Shown piece by piece: positions 58,022-64,000 of a DNA stretch of 64,000 nt. The stretch comes from Thermoanaerobaculia bacterium (GTDB lineage: Bacteria; Acidobacteriota; Thermoanaerobaculia; Multivoradales; Multivoraceae): assembly GCA_963664405.1 (NCBI GenBank), contig OY761158.1, positions 5,504,001-5,568,000 on the forward strand, written 5' to 3'. Each line of letters opens with the position of its first letter. Positions within the stretch are counted from its first letter, which is position 1. Under the pieces are notes generated by a model. The model was not told where the DNA came from. It did no database searches and saw nothing but the letters and a program-made list of their open reading frames with translations. The position numbers and the translations under genes are program-made.

Positions 58022-59290
58022 ATGAGCAGTCGCGCCGGTGTTGGCGCCGCCGACGTTCGCATGCGCGGATTCGCCGAGCGCAAGGATGTCGAGGAGGTCT
58101 TGGCCCTCCTCCGCGAAGGGAGCTGCGCCCTCGACCAAGAGTCTGTTTCGCTCGCTTCGTGCGCGGGTAGGGTGCTCGCGTCCGAGATCGCCTCCCCGGT
58201 CGACGTGCCCGCCTTCGAGCGAGCGGCGATGGATGGCTACGCGCTTCGCGGGGAAGACACCTTCGGCGCCTCGGCCTACGACCCTGTGACCTTGCAGCTA
58301 ATAGGCGAGTCGATGCCGGGCCGCCCCTATCCGGGCGAAGTGTCTCCAGGCCAAGCGGTGCGCATAATGACCGGCGCTCCGATCCCACTCGGCGCCGACA
58401 GCGTCGTTGTGGTCGAGGTGTGTCGTGAGATTGACGGAGCGGTAGAGCTCACCGAGGCAGTGTCGCCGCGAAAGAACGTAGGCTCAGTCGGAGAAGACAT
58501 TCGCCGCGCCGAGACCGTTCTCGAAGCCGGGAGGCGGATCCGGCCGCAGGACGTCGGCTTGTTGGCTTCGATCGGCGTGGCCTCGGTTCCCTGCGTGCGG
58601 CGACCCCGTGTCGAGCTCCTAATTACCGGCGACGAGCTCCTACCGGCGGGCAGCAAGCCCGAGGGCGCTTGCATCGTCGACTCGAACTCGCCGGTGCTCC
58701 AGGCGTTGGTGGATAGAGACGGCGGGGTCCAGGTCGGATCCCGGATCCTCCCGGATCGCATGCCTGATCTACGAGATGCGATGACTGTCTGCGATGCGGA
58801 TGTCCTGCTGATCTCCGGCGGCAGCTCGGTGGGCAAAGAGGACTATGCGCCGGGTCTCGTGGAAGAGCTTGGGACGCTGCTCTTCCATGGCGTGTCGATG
58901 CGTCCTTCCAGTCCGGCCGGAGGCGGTCGCCTCGGTGAGACACGCGTCTTTCTTCTCCCGGGCAATCCTGTGAGCTGTCTCTGCGCCTACGAGTTTTTCG
59001 CCGGGCCTACCCTACGGGCTCTGGGTGGCCGCTCGCGGTCCTGGCCGCACCGTCGCCGGAGTGCCACTCTCGCTCGCAAGATCTCCTCCCAGATCGGCCG
59101 TACCGACTACGTGAGAGTCGCTTTCGACGGCGACCGGGTCTTGCCGTTGGCGATCTCGGGCGCGGCCATCCTCTCCTCGACGGTGCGCGCGGCGGGAGCG
59201 GTCATCGTCCCGCGCGGCCTCGAGGGGCTTGCCGAGGGCGAGGTCGTCGAGGTATTTCTCTACGACGATGAGGACGCGCCTCTCCTGTGA
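58022..59290 (+). CDS. moeA: Molybdopterin molybdo/tungsto-transferase MoeA
   Basis: AMDGYA, IMTGAPIP, TGDEL, SGGSSVGKED, LPGNPVS. Confidence 0.9.
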   Translation: MSSRAGVGAADVRMRGFAERKDVEEVLALLREGSCALDQESVSLASCAGRVLASEIASPVDVPAFERAAMDGYALRGEDTFGASAYDPVTLQLIGESMPGRPYPGEVSPGQAVRIMTGAPIPLGADSVVVVEVCREIDGAVELTEAVSPRKNVGSVGEDIRRAETVLEAGRRIRPQDVGLLASIGVASVPCVRRPRVELLITGDELLPAGSKPEGACIVDSNSPVLQALVDRDGGVQVGSRILPDRMPDLRDAMTVCDADVLLISGGSSVGKEDYAPGLVEELGTLLFHGVSMRPSSPAGGGRLGETRVFLLPGNPVSCLCAYEFFAGPTLRALGGRSRSWPHRRRSATLARKISSQIGRTDYVRVAFDGDRVLPLAISGAAILSSTVRAAGAVIVPRGLEGLAEGEVVEVFLYDDEDAPLL

Positions 59291-61173
59291 AGCAAGAGCA
59301 GTTTCTGCAGGTCCTCGATCGCGACGAGGCGGAGCGGCGTTGGCAGTCGGTCCTCGATCTCCACACTCTGGAGGCCGAGCTCGTTCCTCTCGCCGAGGCT
59401 CTGGGTAGGGTCTTGTCCGAAGGAGTGCGCTCCGCTGTTGACGTTCCCTCTTTCGACCGTTCCAACATGGATGGCTTCGCGGTGCGGGCGCAAGACACCT
59501 ATGGCGCCGCCGAGGAGACGCCCGCCGTCCTCCGCCTCAATGAAGAGTCGCTACCGACCGGCGTGCAGCCTCGACAGACGGTCGAGCTCGGAACGGCGAC
59601 CGTCATTGCCACTGGCGCGATGCTGCCACGCGGTGCCGACGCCGTGGTTCCGGTGGAGATGACCGATGTCTTCGGGCAAGAGCTGCGGGTGCATGGCGCC
59701 TGTGTCCCTGGTGATGCGATCTCCCACGCCGGTACCGACATGTCCAGTGGCGAGACTGTTCTGTTTGCGGGCACATGGCTGAGCTCGAGGGAGACCGGCG
59801 TGCTCGCTGCCATCGGCGTGGACGAGGTCCAGGTGGTGCGGCGGCCCCGTGTGGCGGTGATCTCCACCGGAGACGAGGTGATCCCGCCGGGCCAGGCCAT
59901 GCGACCGGGGCTGGTGTACGACTCCAACGGCCGCATCATCAGTGACGCCCTGCGTGAGCTTGGCTGCGATCCGGTGTTCCTCGGAGTCTTTCGAGACCAG
60001 ACCGATGCCCTTCGCGAAGTTCTACGCCGCGGGGTCGAGGACTGCGACGCGGTCGTCCTCTCGGGCGGCACCTCCAAGGGTGAGGGCGATCTCTGCTATC
60101 GGGTGGTGTCAGAGCTCGATCCCGGCATCGTGGTCCACGGCGTCGCCCTCAAGCCAGGGAAACCGATCTGCCTTGCCGCCGCCGGTGCCAAACCTGTCGC
60201 CATCCTGCCGGGCTTCCCGACCTCGGCGGTGTTCACTTTTCACGAGTTCGTGGCTCCGGTGCTGCGCCGCCTTGCCGGTCTGCACGGCGTCGCTCGGGAG
60301 TCGGTGCGCGCACCCCTGGCACTGCGAGCTCGCAGTCAGAAGGGCCGGCTCGAGTATCTTCTGGTGGGGTTGGTCCGGGGTGCGGAAGGCGAGCTGGTCG
60401 CCTATCCCATGGGCAAGGGGAGCGGCAGTGTCACCGCGTTCAGCCGGGCCGACGGTTTTGTGCGCATCGAGCGGAACACCGAGATGGTGGAGGAAGGCTC
60501 AGAGCTTGAGGTCACTCTTCTGGCCAGATCCGTGGTCGTTGCCGATCTGGTGATTATCGGCAGCCACTGCACCGGCCTAGACCTCATCTGCTCCGAGCTC
60601 GTCGCCGCCGGCATCTCGGTCAAGGTCATGGCAGTGGGTAGCCGAGGTGGGCTTGACGCTGCCCGCCGTGGTGAGTGCGATATCGCCCCGATCCACCTTC
60701 TCGATGCCGCCACAGGCGCCTACAACCGGCCTTTCCTGGGAGAGGGCCTCGAGCTCGTGCCTGGGTACCTACGAGTGCAGGGCGTTGCAACCCGCGCCGA
60801 CGACGAGCGCGATCTCGACGAGCTCCTCGCCGATCCGAGTGCCCGCATGGTCAATCGCAACCGAGGAAGCGGCACGCGGATCCTCATCGACAGGCTTCTC
60901 GGCGAGAGGCGCCCTGACGGCTACGGCTACGAGCCCCGCTCCCACCATGCCGTCGCCGCCGCGGTGGCCCAGGGTCGAGCCGATTGGGGTATGACCATCG
61001 AGCCCGTTGCGCGCGGAGCCGGCCTACGTTTTCTGTCCGATCAGCAAGAGCACTACGACTTTGCCGTTCCGACCGCGCGCGCCCAACGAGAGGAAGTCAA
61101 GGCCTTTCGCGCCCTCCTGTCGCCCGGCAGTGAGATGCGTCGCCGCCTCGCCGAGATCGGCTTTCACTCCTAG
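59287..61173 (+). CDS. moeA: MoeA fused to a C-terminal PBP (LysR substrate-binding-like) domain
   Basis: SNMDGFA, STGDEV, SGGTSKG, LPGFPTS, then IGSHC, GSRGG, NRNRGSGTR. Confidence 0.88.
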   Translation: MKQEQFLQVLDRDEAERRWQSVLDLHTLEAELVPLAEALGRVLSEGVRSAVDVPSFDRSNMDGFAVRAQDTYGAAEETPAVLRLNEESLPTGVQPRQTVELGTATVIATGAMLPRGADAVVPVEMTDVFGQELRVHGACVPGDAISHAGTDMSSGETVLFAGTWLSSRETGVLAAIGVDEVQVVRRPRVAVISTGDEVIPPGQAMRPGLVYDSNGRIISDALRELGCDPVFLGVFRDQTDALREVLRRGVEDCDAVVLSGGTSKGEGDLCYRVVSELDPGIVVHGVALKPGKPICLAAAGAKPVAILPGFPTSAVFTFHEFVAPVLRRLAGLHGVARESVRAPLALRARSQKGRLEYLLVGLVRGAEGELVAYPMGKGSGSVTAFSRADGFVRIERNTEMVEEGSELEVTLLARSVVVADLVIIGSHCTGLDLICSELVAAGISVKVMAVGSRGGLDAARRGECDIAPIHLLDAATGAYNRPFLGEGLELVPGYLRVQGVATRADDERDLDELLADPSARMVNRNRGSGTRILIDRLLGERRPDGYGYEPRSHHAVAAAVAQGRADWGMTIEPVARGAGLRFLSDQQEHYDFAVPTARAQREEVKAFRALLSPGSEMRRRLAEIGFHS

Positions 61174-61352
61174 CCTGGACTATTCATGAGGTCCGTAGCG
61201 AGGTGCCGCAGATGCCCGGAGATACAAGGCGTCGCGACCGAGGGCTCCGCAGGCGTATTTGGCAATACGTCGAGGGGCCCGACCGAGCGCAACGCAGTAG
61301 ATTCGGGCAGCTGCGGCACCGCAGTAGGAGCTTCATGAATAATCCAGGCTAG
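61170..61352. mobile_element. MITE-like palindromic element, family B (183 bp including both CTAG)
   Basis: Ends CTAGCCTGGACTATTCATGA / TCATGAATAATCCAGGCTAG (1 mismatch in 20); inner stem GGTGCCGCAG/CTGCGGCACC; both CTAGs supply stop codons of the convergent flanking genes. Confidence 0.82.
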
Positions 61353-62377
61353 CCGGTTGGCGCCGTCTCCGGGAGCCCCGAAAGATGACAGGCGACCGCC
61401 CCGCCATGATCCGCCTGTTGCAGCAGCGGCTCGATCGTCGAGCATTCAGGCAGCACCTTCGGGCAGCGCGGATGGAAGCGACACCCGCTCGGCGGATTGC
61501 TCGGGCTCGGCACTTCGCCGCTGAGAAGCCGATGAGGCCGGGTGGCCTCGAGCTCAGGATCCGGCACCGGCACCGCGGCTAGAAGCGCCTCGGTATAGGG
61601 ATGCTGGGGGCGGGCGAAGAGCTCGTCACGCTCGGCGATCTCCACGATCTTGCCGAGGTACATGACCCCGATGCGATCACTGATGTGTCGCACCACCGAA
61701 AGATCGTGGGCGATGAAGAGATAAGTGAGGCCCAGCTTCTCCTGTAGGTCCATGAAGAGGTTGATCACCTGCGCCTGGATCGATACGTCGAGCGCCGAGA
61801 CCGGCTCGTCGCAAATGATGAGGCTCGGCTCCAGGGCAAGGGCGCGAGCGATTCCGATGCGCTGGCGCTGCCCTCCCGAGAACTCATGCGGGTAGCGATC
61901 GGCCATGTCGGGCAGCAAGCCGACCAGACGGATCAGCTCCGCCACCCTTTCTCGATACCGCGGCTTGTTCCCGGCCAGCCCATGCACGACCAGCGGCTCG
62001 CCAACGATGTCCCGTACTTTCATGCGTGGATTCAGCGAGCCGAAGGGATCCTGATAGACCATCTGGACGCGTTGGCGAATCGGACGCATTCGCGCCTGGT
62101 CGTAGTCCGTGATGTCTTCGCCGTCGAAGACGATGCGCCCGGCGGTGGGGTCGAGCATGCGCAGGACCGCAAGCGCAGTGGTCGACTTTCCGCAGCCGCT
62201 CTCGCCCACCAGTCCGAAGGTCTCGCCCCGCTGGAGCTCGAAGGAGACCCCATCCACGGCCTTCACCGAGCCGACCTGCTTCTGCATCAAGACACCCTGG
62301 GTGATGGGGAAGTGCACCTTCAGTCCTTCTACGCGAAGAAGGGGCGAAGGTCCCTGAACAGCGTTGGCCTCAGTCAT
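61349..62377 (-). CDS. Oligopeptide/dipeptide ABC transporter ATPase (OppF/DppF-like)
   Basis: [37 protein letters not shown]. Confidence 0.9.
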   Translation of the reverse strand: MTEANAVQGPSPLLRVEGLKVHFPITQGVLMQKQVGSVKAVDGVSFELQRGETFGLVGESGCGKSTTALAVLRMLDPTAGRIVFDGEDITDYDQARMRPIRQRVQMVYQDPFGSLNPRMKVRDIVGEPLVVHGLAGNKPRYRERVAELIRLVGLLPDMADRYPHEFSGGQRQRIGIARALALEPSLIICDEPVSALDVSIQAQVINLFMDLQEKLGLTYLFIAHDLSVVRHISDRIGVMYLGKIVEIAERDELFARPQHPYTEALLAAVPVPDPELEATRPHRLLSGEVPSPSNPPSGCRFHPRCPKVLPECSTIEPLLQQADHGGAVACHLSGLPETAPTG

Positions 62378-63368
62378 AGCCGAAACAGGCCCTGGTGTGA
62401 CCGTCGGCGACCCGCTCGAGGACGGGGATCTCGGCCTCACAGCGATCGCTCTTGTGTTTGCACCTGGGCGCGAACGCGCACCCCGGCGGCATCTGCGAAA
62501 GGTCCGGGGGCTGGCCATCGATGGGAACCAGGCGCTTGCCCGCATCGCCGGTCAACTGCGGAATCGACTCCATCAGGCCCTGGGTGTAAGGGTGCACCGG
62601 GTTCTTGTAGAGCGCGCGCGCCGGGGCGCTTTCGACGATACGGCCCCCGTACATGACCGCCACGCGATCGGCATAACGAGCGACGACGCCGAGGTCGTGG
62701 GTGATCAGAATGAGGGCGGAGCCCGCCTCGCGGGTCAGCTCCTTGAGCAGCGAGAGAATCTGAGCCTGCACGGTGACGTCGAGTGCTGTGGTCGGCTCGT
62801 CGGCGATGATGAGCTTGGGCTGACAGGCAAGTGCCATCGCGATCATGACGCGCTGGCGCATGCCGCCCGAAAACTGATGAGGGTAGTCATCGAGGCGACG
62901 CTCTGCGTCGGGAATCGCGACTCGAGACAGTAGCTTCTTGGCCTCCGCGAGGGCGTCTCGCCAAGGGAGCCCACGATGCAGCCGGATCGGCTCGGCGACC
63001 TGCTTGCCGATGGTCAGAACCGGATTGAGCGAAGACATCGGCTCCTGGAAGATCATCGCGATGCGATTGCCCCGGATACCGCGCATCCGGCGGCGGTCCA
63101 GATCGAGAAGGTTGTCGCCTTCGAACAGGACCCGTCCGCCGTCGATGCGGCCCGAATCGCCGATCAGCCGTAGAATGGACAGCGCCGTCACACTCTTCCC
63201 CGAGCCGCTCTCCCCGACGATGGCCAGGGTCTCGCCGGCCGAGACGGTGAGCGACACGGAGTTGAGCGCTCGCACGATACCGAGGTCGGTTCGGAAGCTC
63301 ACGCTGAGGTCCTCGACCTCGAGCAGAGGTGACGAGCGAGCGCTGGCTCCAGCAGCCGGGACGGACAC
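62370..63368 (-). CDS. Oligopeptide/dipeptide ABC transporter ATPase (OppD/DppD-like)
   Basis: [34 protein letters not shown]. Confidence 0.9.
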   Translation of the reverse strand: MSVPAAGASARSSPLLEVEDLSVSFRTDLGIVRALNSVSLTVSAGETLAIVGESGSGKSVTALSILRLIGDSGRIDGGRVLFEGDNLLDLDRRRMRGIRGNRIAMIFQEPMSSLNPVLTIGKQVAEPIRLHRGLPWRDALAEAKKLLSRVAIPDAERRLDDYPHQFSGGMRQRVMIAMALACQPKLIIADEPTTALDVTVQAQILSLLKELTREAGSALILITHDLGVVARYADRVAVMYGGRIVESAPARALYKNPVHPYTQGLMESIPQLTGDAGKRLVPIDGQPPDLSQMPPGCAFAPRCKHKSDRCEAEIPVLERVADGHTRACFGYD

Positions 63369-64000
63369 TAGAAGCCGAGCTCCTTCTTGAGCTTGTGGTC
63401 GATCCACATCCGCGCGTAGATCGGACCCGGCCGAACCGCACCGGCGCGCAGCTCACCGTTGTAGTTCTTGACCCAAGGCCACCATGCGGTGTAGCTGTAT
63501 TGAATCGGCAGCCAGAGATAGGGCGCGCGATCGAGCATCTCGACCGTCAGGTCTTTGATCATTCGCTGCCGAAGTATCTCGCTACGGGTGCGATGAAACT
63601 CGGCGACCTGTCGATCGACGTCCGGGTCGGAGAAGATCGATGGGTTCCACTGTTGCCCGGTAGTGAAGCTCTTTCGCAGGCTGGTTGTCGGATTCACGTG
63701 ACCGCTGTTCATCAGGTAGGCGGGAGCGTGAGTCTTCGAGGTCATCGTCGAGAGGTAGGCGGCGTGCTCCATGGGGTCGATCTCGAGGTGCACTCCGATT
63801 TTCGACAGATAATCGTCGATGAGTGGAATCAGGTCCATGTTCGAGGGGCTGCAGCTGCACACCTGCGCCTTGACGGTGAAGCCGTCGGGATACCCCGCCT
63901 CGACAAGGAGCCGCTTCGCCTTTGCGGGGTCATAGCCGAAGAGCTCTTGGACTGAGGCAGGCATCGATTCGAGCGGCTCGAAGTAGCCGGTGAAATCCGG
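63368..64000 (-). CDS. Peptide/nickel ABC substrate-binding protein, family 5 (3' part; gene runs off the window end)
   Basis: YDPAKAKRLLVEAGYPDGF, APYLWLP. Confidence 0.8.
   Translation of the reverse strand, partial: PDFTGYFEPLESMPASVQELFGYDPAKAKRLLVEAGYPDGFTVKAQVCSCSPSNMDLIPLIDDYLSKIGVHLEIDPMEHAAYLSTMTSKTHAPAYLMNSGHVNPTTSLRKSFTTGQQWNPSIFSDPDVDRQVAEFHRTRSEILRQRMIKDLTVEMLDRAPYLWLPIQYSYTAWWPWVKNYNGELRAGAVRPGPIYARMWIDHKLKKELGF

Noticed and set aside
1-64000. CRISPR arrays, cas genes, tRNA, rRNA, prophage or recognisable defence genes
   Set aside because: None were seen by eye. The repeats are dispersed rather than regularly spaced. tRNAscan-SE and CRISPR finders were not run.

Overview
GC-rich window from a diderm bacterium. 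An Acidobacteriota-like origin is inferred from the gene content (TonB receptor, TatA, DUF6152-type module, many LLM/SDR enzymes) and is not proven. Housekeeping and metabolic genes include wecE plus a GT2 glycosyltransferase, tyrS, a TonB receptor with a PepSY protein, tandem PilT ATPases, tatA, fabH, bioA-D-F with divergent bioB, a TolB-propeller amidohydrolase, Ser/Thr kinases, a two-domain multicopper oxidase-ZIP-cupredoxin operon with a clear promoter and operator, a tungsten cluster (tupABC, moaD, AOR, two moeA) interrupted by an HUH (RAYT/IS200-like) transposase, and an Opp/Dpp ABC system. The most striking unexplained structure is a set of non-autonomous palindromic elements. Family A (3 copies) and family B (1 copy) have different terminal inverted repeats but share a central hairpin core and duplicate CTAG. 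They sit on TAG stop codons, except one copy that is inserted in frame (54 codons) into a signal peptide. A third repeat of about 70 nt (3 copies) shows a compensatory base-pair change. A pseudoknot-capable leader precedes the TonB receptor. No rRNA, tRNA or CRISPR array was seen. All protein calls come from motif recognition, not database searches.
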